Positions 55,995-64,000 of a DNA stretch of 64,000 nucleotides are shown piece after piece (position 1 is the first letter of the stretch; every line of letters begins with the position of its first letter). A program made the position numbers and the translations under genes. Source of the stretch: an uncultured Acidimicrobiia bacterium. GTDB taxonomy: Bacteria > Actinomycetota > Acidimicrobiia > Acidimicrobiales > AC-14. Location of the stretch: positions 25,224-89,223 of the forward strand of contig CAWIIV010000025.1 of assembly GCA_963836205.1 (NCBI GenBank), read 5' to 3'. The notes below the pieces were generated by a model. That model had not been told where the DNA came from, ran no database searches, and was given only the letters and a program-made list of their open reading frames with translations.

Positions 55995-57050
55995 TCAGGT
56001 CGGGGGCAGAGCGGCGTGCTCCTGCGACACCGTCACCATGCGCTCCAGCACGCGGGCGGCCCGGCCGTCGTCGATCGACGCGGCCGCCGCCTCCAGCCCG
56101 CCTGCGAGGTCGTCGGCCAGGCCGGCGGCCACGATCCCGGCGGCGGCATTGAGGAGGACGAAGTCGCGCTGCGGCCCCCGCTTGCCGTCGAGGACCCGGC
56201 GGGCGAGGCCGGCGTTGGTCGACGCGTCGCCGCCCAGCAGGTCGACGGGGTCGGCCAGGGTGAGCCCGAGGGCGACGGGGTCGATGTCGTAGGTGCGGAT
56301 CTCGCCGTCACGGAGCTCGATCACGGTCGACGTGGTGGTGGTGGTGATCTCGTCCAGCCCGTCGTGGCCGTAGACCACGCAGGCCCGCTCCGCCCCCCGG
56401 GCCTGGAGGACGCCGGCCATCTTCACCGCCATCTTGGGATCGCTCACGCCCAGCGACTGGCGCTTGACCTGGGCCGGGTTGGCCAGGGGACCGAGGAAGT
56501 TGAAGACGGTGGCCACGCCCAGCTCCCGCCGGGTGGGACCCGCGTGGCGGAGGGCGGAGTGGAAGCGGGGAGCGAAGCAGAAGCCCATTCCCGCCTCCGA
56601 GACGCAGGCGGCCACGCCCACCGGCCCGAGATCGACGGCCACCCCGAGTGCCTCCAGGAGGTCGGCCGACCCGCATTTCGACGACTGGGCCCGGTTGCCG
56701 TGCTTGCACACCCGGGCTCCGGCGCCGGCCACCACCATGGCCGCCAGGGTGGAGGCGTTGATCGTGCAGCTGCGGTCGCCGCCGGTGCCACACGTGTCGA
56801 CCAGGTCGTCGGCCCCCTCCACCACCACCGGCGTGACGTGCTCGAACATGGCCCCGAGCAGCCCCGACATCTCCTCGACGGTCTCGCCCTTCATGCGCAA
56901 GGCGATGCAGAACGCCGCGATCTGCCCCGACGTCGCCCGTCCCTCGAGGATCTCCATCATCGCCAGCCGGGCCGAAGCCGCCGGCAGGTCGACTCGACGC
57001 GTGACCGCCCCCAATACCGCCGGCCAGCCACCCAGGTCAGCAAAACTCAT
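55995..57050 (-). CDS. trpD: Anthranilate phosphoribosyltransferase
   Basis: DTCGTGGD, KHGNR, GSADLLEALG, FNFLGPLANP and GLDE motifs. Confidence 0.96.
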   Translation of the reverse strand: MSFADLGGWPAVLGAVTRRVDLPAASARLAMMEILEGRATSGQIAAFCIALRMKGETVEEMSGLLGAMFEHVTPVVVEGADDLVDTCGTGGDRSCTINASTLAAMVVAGAGARVCKHGNRAQSSKCGSADLLEALGVAVDLGPVGVAACVSEAGMGFCFAPRFHSALRHAGPTRRELGVATVFNFLGPLANPAQVKRQSLGVSDPKMAVKMAGVLQARGAERACVVYGHDGLDEITTTTTSTVIELRDGEIRTYDIDPVALGLTLADPVDLLGGDASTNAGLARRVLDGKRGPQRDFVLLNAAAGIVAAGLADDLAGGLEAAAASIDDGRAARVLERMVTVSQEHAALPPT

Positions 57051-57129
57051 GAACGGAAACGCTACCTGCGCGCCATCGGCCCGTGCCGACGGTTGGGTGC
57101 GACGTGCGCCGGCGAAGCCGAAGCGGAGG

Positions 57130-57396
57130 CTACGCGGCCGCGGTCTTGCGACGCTGGCGCAGGATGCGGCGGCGTTCCTTCTCCGTCGCTCCGCCCCAGA
57201 CGCCCTCGTGCTCACGCTTGTTCAGCGCGTACTCGAGGCAGGGCTGCCGGACGGCGCACTGGGCACAGACAGCCTTGGCCTGGAGCGCGACATCGTCGTC
57301 GGCGGGGTAAAAGATGTCGGGGTCGAGCCCCTTGCACGCGCCTCGCGAGCGCCAGGACAAATCCATCAGCCAGTCACTTCTCCCTGCAGCGGACAT
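57130..57396 (-). CDS. WhiB family [4Fe-4S] transcription factor (alternative start 57366)
   Basis: Four Cys, AKAVCAQCAVRQPCLEYAL and GVWGG motifs. Confidence 0.95.
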   Translation of the reverse strand: MSAAGRSDWLMDLSWRSRGACKGLDPDIFYPADDDVALQAKAVCAQCAVRQPCLEYALNKREHEGVWGGATEKERRRILRQRRKTAAA

Positions 57397-57494
57397 TCCA
57401 AACCACTTTCGTAACAAAACTCATTATTGAACAGAAGCGTTGCCAAAGTCCAAGCAATAGCCGAGGGCCTCGACCGGACCCTTAGGATCACCCG

Positions 57495-58817
57495 GTGACC
57501 CCGACCGTGGGCGACGACGAAACCGCCCTGCATCCGGGCCGCCAGCGGGTGTCCCTCGGGCTTGCCGCCTGCCTCACCTTCCCGGGCATCGCGCTCCGGC
57601 TGGCGGGCCTCCACGCCAACCCGCCCACCAGCGCCGCCCTCTTCGGGCTGGCCATCGTCGGAGCCGCCTTCATGCTGTCGTGGGGGGCCGAAGTGGCCCA
57701 GCTCGACATCTCGGCCGGGCTGGCCATCGCGGTGTTGGCCTTCATCGCCGTCCTCCCCGAGTACGCCGTCGACATGGTGTTCGCCTGGAAGGGTGGCAAC
57801 GCCGTCGAGCAGTTCGGTCCCGCGTGCCAGGCCGCGGGCAGCACCGGCGAGTCACCGTGCTCGCTGGCGCTGGCCAACATGACCGGGGCCAACCGGCTGC
57901 TCATCGGCATCGGCTGGTCGATGGTGGTGCTCGTGGCCTGGTACCGCTGGCGCCAGAAGGGCGAGCCCGACAAGGCCCGTGAGGTGGTGCTCGAGCGGAC
58001 CCACTCGGTGGAGCTGGCCTTCCTCACCGTCGCCTGCGCCTACTCCCTCACCCTGCCCCTGAAGCGCAGCATCACCCTCGTCGACGCGGCGGTGCTGGTG
58101 ACGCTGTTCGTCCTCTACACCATCCGCATCTCCAAGGCGCCGGCCGAGGAGCCCCATCTGGTCGGCCCGGCCGCCTACCTCGGCACCTTCCCGACCAACC
58201 GCCGGCGGACGGCGGTCATCGCCCTCTTCATCTTCGCGGCGGCGGTGATCGTGCTCTGCGCCGAGCACTTCGCCGAGGCCCTGGTGGAGACCGGAGCGGA
58301 GTTCGGGGTGAGCGAGTTCCTGCTCGTGCAGTGGCTGGCACCCCTGGCGTCGGAGGCCCCCGAGCTGCTGGTGGCCGGCCTCTACGCCTGGCGGCTGAAC
58401 GCCAACGCCGGCCTGGGCACGCTCGTGTCGTCGAAGGTCAACCAGTGGACGCTGCTCGTGGGCACCCTCCCCATCGTCTTCGCCATCGCCTCGGGGGGCT
58501 CCCACGGCCTGCCGATCGTCACCCGCCAGCGGGAGGAGCTGCTGCTCACCGCGGCCCAGTCGGTGTTCGCGGTGGCGGTGCTGTCGAGCCTGTCGATCTC
58601 GGTGAAGGAGGCGCTCGCCCTCTTCAGCCTGTTCTGGGCCCAGTTCGTGATCGGGGCCATCGTCCCCGAGTCGGCCCACGGCGTGGAGCTGGTAGGCGTG
58701 TCGATCCTCTATCTGGTCCTGGCCTTCGGGATCGTCCTCCGTGCCCGCCGGCAGATGCCCCAACTGCTGCGGGACGGCCTGCGCACGCCCTACGCTGAGC
58801 TGACGGCGCGACCCTGA
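57495..58817 (+). CDS. CaCA family cation:proton/calcium antiporter
   Basis: AVLPEYAV and ASEAPE alpha repeats, ANMTGAN; many TMs. Confidence 0.88.
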   Translation: MTPTVGDDETALHPGRQRVSLGLAACLTFPGIALRLAGLHANPPTSAALFGLAIVGAAFMLSWGAEVAQLDISAGLAIAVLAFIAVLPEYAVDMVFAWKGGNAVEQFGPACQAAGSTGESPCSLALANMTGANRLLIGIGWSMVVLVAWYRWRQKGEPDKAREVVLERTHSVELAFLTVACAYSLTLPLKRSITLVDAAVLVTLFVLYTIRISKAPAEEPHLVGPAAYLGTFPTNRRRTAVIALFIFAAAVIVLCAEHFAEALVETGAEFGVSEFLLVQWLAPLASEAPELLVAGLYAWRLNANAGLGTLVSSKVNQWTLLVGTLPIVFAIASGGSHGLPIVTRQREELLLTAAQSVFAVAVLSSLSISVKEALALFSLFWAQFVIGAIVPESAHGVELVGVSILYLVLAFGIVLRARRQMPQLLRDGLRTPYAELTARP

Positions 58818-58830
58818 GAGGATTGGTGCG

Positions 58831-60444
58831 ATGTTCGATCGCGCCGCGGCACTCGAAGCACTGGCCGGCCGCCGCTTCGACGTGCTGGTCGTCGGGGGCG
58901 GGATCACCGGTGCCGGCGTGGCCCTCGACGCCGCCTCCCGGGGCCTGGGCACGGCCCTGGTCGAGCGGGACGACTTCGCCTCCGGCACCTCGTCGGCCTC
59001 GTCGAAGCTGGTCCACGGCGGACTGCGCTACGTCAGCCAGGGCGAGCTGGGATTGGTCGCCCAGGCCCTGGCCGAGCGCCGACGGCTGCTGGAGAACGCT
59101 CCCCACCTGGTGCGCCCGCTGCCGTTCGTCCTCCCCCTGACCGGTGGGGCGGCGGTGAGCCGGTCGGTCGGCACCGCCCTGTGGCTCTACGACCTAGCCG
59201 GCGGGGCCCGCATCGGCCAGGTCCACCGCCGGCTGTCGATGGCCGAGGCCCGGGCCCGGGTTCCGGCGCTGCGGGCCGACGCCTTCCGCCGGGCCTACCT
59301 CTATCTCGACGCCCACGCCGACGACGCCCGCCTCACCCTCACCGTCGTCCGCACCGCGGTCCTCGACCACGAGGCCGTCGCCGCCAACCACACCGCGGTC
59401 ACGGGGCTGCTCCGGAACCGTGCCGGACGGGTGGTGGGAGCCCGGGTGGTGGCCGACGGCGGCGAGATCGAGGTGCGGGCGGCGGTGGTGGTCAACGCCG
59501 CCGGGGTGTGGGCGGACGAGGTGGGCGGGCTGGAGGACGAAGGTGGACCGGCAGGCATGCGGGAGGCGACGATCCGGCCGGCCAAGGGTGTGCACCTCAC
59601 CGTGCGCCGGTCCCGGCTGCCGGCGACGGCTGCGGCCGTACTGCCGGTGCCCGCCGACGGGCGGTCGATCTTCGTCATCCCCTGGCCGGGCACCGACCGC
59701 GTCTACATCGGGACGACCGACACCGACTACGACGGCGACGTCGACCGGGCCCGGTGCACGGCCGCCGACGTCGACTACCTGCTGGCCGCAGTGAACACCT
59801 CGCTGGCCGACCCCCTCACGCCGGCCGACGTGGTCGGGTGTTGGGCCGGGCTGCGACCGCTGGTGGCGGGGGCGGGCGGCCGCACCGCCGACCTGTCCCG
59901 GCGCCACCGCCTGTCGCAGTCGGCGGCCGGGCTGGTCACCATCACCGGTGGCAAGCTCACGACCTACCGGCGGATGGCGGCCGACACCGTCGATCAGGTC
60001 GCCGAGCTGCTGGGCGCCGGTGCCCGCAGCCGCACCGCCGGGCTGCGCCTGCGGGGGGCGGGCGGTGATGGCGGTGGGTGGTTGTCCCGGTACGGCACCG
60101 AGGTGGGTGGGGTGCGGGAGCTGGCGGCGGCCGACCGCTCCCTCGGCGAGCCCCTCGTCGACGGGCTGCCCTACCTGCGGGCGGAGGTGGTGCACGCCGT
60201 TCGCCACGAGATGGCCCGTACCGTCGAAGACGTGCTCGACCGCCGCCTCCGCGCTCGCATTCTCGACCGGGACGGGGCCGCCGCGGCCGTATCCGACGTC
60301 GCCGCCCTGGTCGGCCCCGAGCTGGGCTGGTCCCGGGCCGAGGCCGACGCCAACGTTGCCGCCTACCGGGCCGCCCTCGACGCCGAGCGGGTGGCGGCCG
60401 GACTCGTCGGCGGCGACCATGCCGACCTGCGGAGCGCGGGATGA
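58831..60444 (+). CDS. glpD: FAD-dependent glycerol-3-phosphate dehydrogenase
   Basis: VVGGGITG, GTSSASSKLVHGGLRY and GGKLTTYR motifs. Confidence 0.93.
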   Translation: MFDRAAALEALAGRRFDVLVVGGGITGAGVALDAASRGLGTALVERDDFASGTSSASSKLVHGGLRYVSQGELGLVAQALAERRRLLENAPHLVRPLPFVLPLTGGAAVSRSVGTALWLYDLAGGARIGQVHRRLSMAEARARVPALRADAFRRAYLYLDAHADDARLTLTVVRTAVLDHEAVAANHTAVTGLLRNRAGRVVGARVVADGGEIEVRAAVVVNAAGVWADEVGGLEDEGGPAGMREATIRPAKGVHLTVRRSRLPATAAAVLPVPADGRSIFVIPWPGTDRVYIGTTDTDYDGDVDRARCTAADVDYLLAAVNTSLADPLTPADVVGCWAGLRPLVAGAGGRTADLSRRHRLSQSAAGLVTITGGKLTTYRRMAADTVDQVAELLGAGARSRTAGLRLRGAGGDGGGWLSRYGTEVGGVRELAAADRSLGEPLVDGLPYLRAEVVHAVRHEMARTVEDVLDRRLRARILDRDGAAAAVSDVAALVGPELGWSRAEADANVAAYRAALDAERVAAGLVGGDHADLRSAG

Positions 60445-60872
60445 CCGGCGGCGACGTCAAGCTGCGCATCGACTGGGAGGTCGTCGCCCGGTCGGCGGCC
60501 CTGGCCCTGGCGGTGGCGGTGCCGTCGATCGTCCTCGGCGCCACCGTGGCCCGGGACTCCAACGTCATCGTCGTCCTCTACTTCGTGCTCCTCGGGGGCC
60601 AGGTGGCGGCTGGCTTCTATGCCGGCCGGCACCGGCTCGACGCCCCCCTGATCCACGGCGCCCTCGCCTCGCTGACGTCGTTCGTGGTGCTGGTGGTGGT
60701 CGTGGTGGTGGCCCGGGCGATCGCGGGCAAGGGCGGACCCGACCCCTTCAACCTGGTGTTCCACGGCTTCATGGCCAGCTCCACCGGGATCTTCGGGGCG
60801 CTGCTGGCGTCGCGGACGAGCAAGCCCGCGGCGTCGGGACCGTCCGAGCCGGCGGAGCCGTCCGAGGCGTGA
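60441..60872 (+). CDS. Four-TM membrane protein
   Basis: ATGA/GTGA overlaps on both sides; hydrophobic helices. Confidence 0.75.
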   Translation: MTGGDVKLRIDWEVVARSAALALAVAVPSIVLGATVARDSNVIVVLYFVLLGGQVAAGFYAGRHRLDAPLIHGALASLTSFVVLVVVVVVARAIAGKGGPDPFNLVFHGFMASSTGIFGALLASRTSKPAASGPSEPAEPSEA

Positions 60873-62314
60873 ACCACCTGGTCGTCGACGTGGGCACCAG
60901 CGGGGTGCGGGCCGCCATCGTGGGCGCCGACGCGTCGGTGTCCCACGTCCACTACCGGCAGGTGCTGCCCACCACCCCCAACCAGGGCTTCGTCGAGTTC
61001 GACGCCGCGGCCATGGCCGGGGCTGCGTTGGACGTGGCCAGGGCCGCCCTGGCCGCCGGGGGGCCGGTGGCGTCGGTGGGGATCGCCAACCAACGGGCGT
61101 CCACCGTGGTGTGGGACCGGGCCACCGGGGCGCCGGTGGGTCCCGGGATCGGCTGGCAGGACCTGCGCACCGCGGCCATGTGCCTTGGTTTGCAGGCCCA
61201 GGGCCTCCACCTCGCCCCCAGCAGCTCGGCCACCAAGCTGGCCGTCCTGCTCGACATCGCCGACCCGGAGCGGGAGCGCGACCTGTGCTTCGGCACCATC
61301 GACACGTGGATGGCGTGGACCCTGTCCGGCGGCGAGCTGCACCTCACCGACCCGTCGAACGCCGGGGTCACCGGACTCATGCGCCTCGACTGCTCCGGCT
61401 GGGACTCCCACGTGCTGGAGGTCCTGCGCATCCCGGAGCGGGTGTTGCCCGCCATCGTCGACTCGTCGGGCGTGGTCGGCTCGGCCTCGGCGTTGGACGG
61501 GGCACCACCCATCGCCGGGATCGCCGGCGACCAGCAGGCGTCGCTCATCGGCCAGGGCTGCACCCGGCCGGGGATGGCCAAGATGACGTTCGGCACCGGC
61601 GGGATGGTCGACCTCAATGTCGGCGAGGTGCGGCCGTCGTTCGACCGGCGGGGCCCGTCGGGGACGTTCCCCATCGTGGCCTGGCGCCGGGGCGGGCGGA
61701 CGACCTTCGGCCTGGAGGCGTTCATGCTCACCGCCGGCCAGGCGGTGGAATGGTTGCGCGACGACCTGGGGCTGATCGCGTCGTCGGAGGAGTCGGAGAC
61801 GGTGGCGTCGATGTGCCGGACCACGGGCGATGTCTGGTTCGTGCCCGCCCTGCTGGGGATGGGCACGCCCGCCTGGGACTTCGGAGCCCGGGGGACGCTG
61901 GTGGGCGTGACCCGGGGTTCCGGCCGGCCCGAGATCGTGCGGGCGGTGCTCGAGGGGATCGCGCAGCGAGGCGCCGACCTGGTCGACGCGGTCGAGGCCG
62001 ACGGCGGGGTCTCGCTGGCGACACTGCGGGTCGACGGTGGGATGAGCGCCAACCGTGTCTTCGTCCAGGCCCTGGCCGACGCCACCGCCCGCCCCATCGA
62101 GGTCTCCCCGGTCAAGGAAGCGACCACGTTGGGCGCTGCGTTCCTGGCCGGCCTGGCGACGGGCACATGGGCCGACGAGGAGGAGATCGCGGGGATCTGG
62201 CGCCCGGGCGCGGTGGTCGACCCCGTGCGCCGCCCCAATCGGGAGCGCTGGCAGCAAGCGTGCGACCGGGCCAAGGGCTGGGTCCCCGAACTGAGCGCCA
62301 TCGACTTCGCCTAA
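60869..62314 (+). CDS. glpK: FGGY kinase, glycerol kinase-like
   Basis: VDVGTS, GIANQR, WQDLRT, AGDQQA, TFGTG, RVDGG and ATTLGAA motifs. Confidence 0.85.
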   Translation: MNHLVVDVGTSGVRAAIVGADASVSHVHYRQVLPTTPNQGFVEFDAAAMAGAALDVARAALAAGGPVASVGIANQRASTVVWDRATGAPVGPGIGWQDLRTAAMCLGLQAQGLHLAPSSSATKLAVLLDIADPERERDLCFGTIDTWMAWTLSGGELHLTDPSNAGVTGLMRLDCSGWDSHVLEVLRIPERVLPAIVDSSGVVGSASALDGAPPIAGIAGDQQASLIGQGCTRPGMAKMTFGTGGMVDLNVGEVRPSFDRRGPSGTFPIVAWRRGGRTTFGLEAFMLTAGQAVEWLRDDLGLIASSEESETVASMCRTTGDVWFVPALLGMGTPAWDFGARGTLVGVTRGSGRPEIVRAVLEGIAQRGADLVDAVEADGGVSLATLRVDGGMSANRVFVQALADATARPIEVSPVKEATTLGAAFLAGLATGTWADEEEIAGIWRPGAVVDPVRRPNRERWQQACDRAKGWVPELSAIDFA

Positions 62315-62384
62315 GCCCGAACTGGTGACGGATCCGGTGGTCCTGGCCACCATTCGTGTCACCGGTTCGTGGGAGGATGGCGGC

Positions 62385-62750
62385 GGTGAGCCGGCCGGGT
62401 GGCCGCGGCCCGGCATCGACCGGGTCGAGGAAGGTCGGGACTCCGCAGGGCAGGGTGCTGGCTAACGGCCAGTCGGGGCGACCCGAAGGAAAGTGCCACA
62501 GAAAGCAGACCGCCGATGGCCGGGAAACCGGTACAGGTAAGGGTGAAACGGTGCGGCAAGAGCGCACCAGCGCCCGGGGTGACTCGGGCGGCTCGGCAAA
62601 CCCCACTCGGAGCAAGGCCAAACAGAGGAACGGGTTGCCCGCCCGGCGCCGCCGCAAGGCGACACCATCCTCAGGTAGGCCGCACAGATGGATGGCCACC
62701 CCGCCGCCTCCGGGCGACGGACAGAATCCCGCCTACAGGCCGGCTCACCA
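62385..62750 (+). ncRNA. rnpB: RNase P RNA (type A-like, P18 apparently absent)
   Basis: P1 GGTGAGCCGGCC/GGCCGGCTCACC; GAGGAAGGTC, AGTGCCACAGAAA, GGGTGAAACGG, GGCAAACCC, GAGCAAG and ACAGAATCCCGCCTA conserved regions. Confidence 0.97.
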
Positions 62751-62810
62751 TTCCCACTCTCAGTGAACACGCTAAAATAGCCTCTGACCTGCACTTATAG
62801 GTGTCCACCA

Positions 62811-62891
62811 GTGACCGTTACTCACCGTGAGTGACCGTTCTAGTCCTCAGCAGCTGAGGACTTTCTGAGGACTGAGGACTAATTGAGGACT
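62811..62891. repeat. Clustered short repeats, putative integrase arm-type/accessory binding sites
   Basis: TGAGGACT at 62855, 62866, 62873 and 62884 plus inverted copy at 62842-62849; GTGACCGTT at 62811 and 62831. Confidence 0.75.
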
Positions 62892-62935
62892 TTTTGGCGG
62901 CCCGAAATGGCGGTCACGGAGAGTGAGGAGGAGCC

Positions 62936-64000
62936 ATGGCCAGCATCGACAAGCGCCCCGACGGCGGGTACCGGGCGAGGTGGCGAGAGTACCCCGGCGG
63001 GCCCCAGAAGACCCGCCAGTTCGCCCGCAAGGGCGACGCCCAGCTCTTCCTCGACGCCATCCGAGGCGACCTCGCCCATGGCCTGTACGTCGACCCCGCC
63101 GGCGGCCGGACGTTGTTCCGCGAGTACGCCGAGGAGTGGCGCTCGACCCAGGTCCACCGCAGCGGCACGGCCACCCAGATCGAGACCTACCTCCGCCTCC
63201 ACGCCTATCCGACGCTCGGACACCACCAGATCGGCGCCATACGCCGGAGCGAGATCCAGGCCTGGGTGAAGGGTCGGACGAGGGTGCTCGCGCCGAGCTC
63301 GGTGGAGCTCGTCTACCGGTGGGTGGCAACGATCTTCAAAGCCGCCGTCGGCGACCGGCTCATCGCCGCCTCGCCGTGCATCCGGATCGCGCTCCCGAAG
63401 CACAACGACGCCGAGATCGTCCCCCTGAGCGTGAGCGAGGTGGAGGCGCTGGCTGCGGCCGTCCCCGACCGTTACCGGGCGCTGATCGTCTTCGCCGCCG
63501 GCATGGGCCTGCGCCAGGGCGAGTGCTTCGGGCTCAGCGTCGACCGGGTCGACTTCCTCCGCCGCCAGGTACGGGTCGACCGCCAGGTCATCGATGCCCG
63601 AGGAGGCGTCCCCGAGTTCGGCCCGCCCAAGAGCAAGGCCAGCTTCCGTACGATCCCGATGCCCGACGTCGTCGGATCAGCCCTCGCCGCCCACCTGGCC
63701 CGCTACCGGCCCGGCCAGTTCGGCCTCGTCTTCACCAATAGCGTCAACAATCCCCTCCGCCGTAACACCGCCGGCGAGATGTGGCACCGCGCCCGCACGT
63801 CAGGCCAGCCTGCCCGAGTGGGCCACGTTCCACGACCTGCGCCACTTCTACGCCTCGCTCCTGATCGCCAAGGGATGCTCGGTCAAGGCCGTCCAACGCC
63901 GCCTCGGCCACCAGTCCGCCATGGAGACCCTCGACACCTACGGCCACCTCTGGCCCGACAGCGACGACGAGACCCGCAACGCCGTCGACCACGTCCTCGC
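62936..64000 (+). mobile_element. Tyrosine integrase of a phage/integrative element; +1 frameshift near 63800; runs off the window
   Basis: Manual translation MASIDKRPDGGYRARWR...GLRQGECFGL...PPKSKAS; FHDLRHFYAS...LGH...TLDTYGHLW in the shifted frame; GAGGAGG RBS. Confidence 0.93.

Noticed and set aside
62356-62800. Several 66-195 aa ORFs
   Set aside because: They overlap the RNase P RNA gene
62923-63741. 272-aa plus-strand track ORF as the integrase
   Set aside because: Wrong frame; the integrase starts at ATG 62936 and is absent from the track because it has no stop inside the window

Overview
High-GC actinobacterial chromosome segment; gene content and order suggest class Acidimicrobiia (inference). 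From left to right: (1) a dcw cluster mraZ-rsmH-ftsL-ftsI-murE-mraY-ftsW-murG that lacks murF and murD, with a divergent murT-gatD pair; (2) an accessory stretch with an SOS-box-controlled DUF222/HNH gene back-to-back with an unassigned, highly structured ~230-280 nt candidate ncRNA; (3) a moxR-DUF58-tgpA operon; (4) an iron module (Cys-rich mini-PadR, hypothetical, extended Bfd, Bfr) with IdeR/DtxR-like boxes; (5) dinB and ppm1; (6) a slipin/SPFH gene preceded by a degenerate tRNA-like RNA; (7) an ABC exporter, an aeRF1-like factor, SepH, an M23 peptidase, an NYN protein, a DEDD/UvrC-like nuclease, trpD, whiB and glpD/glpK; (8) an RNase P RNA that appears to lack P18, directly followed by repeats resembling integrase arm sites and a tyrosine integrase. 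Four genes (ftsW 5' extension, lplA-like, sepH, integrase) are split by single-base frameshifts, probably sequencing indels. The most interesting leads are the orphan structured RNA next to DUF222-HNH, the tRNA-like RNA plus slipin, the possible rnpB-targeting element, ATGA-coupled linker mini-ORFs and the iron switch. All calls come from reading the sequence by eye; no database searches or folding programs were run.
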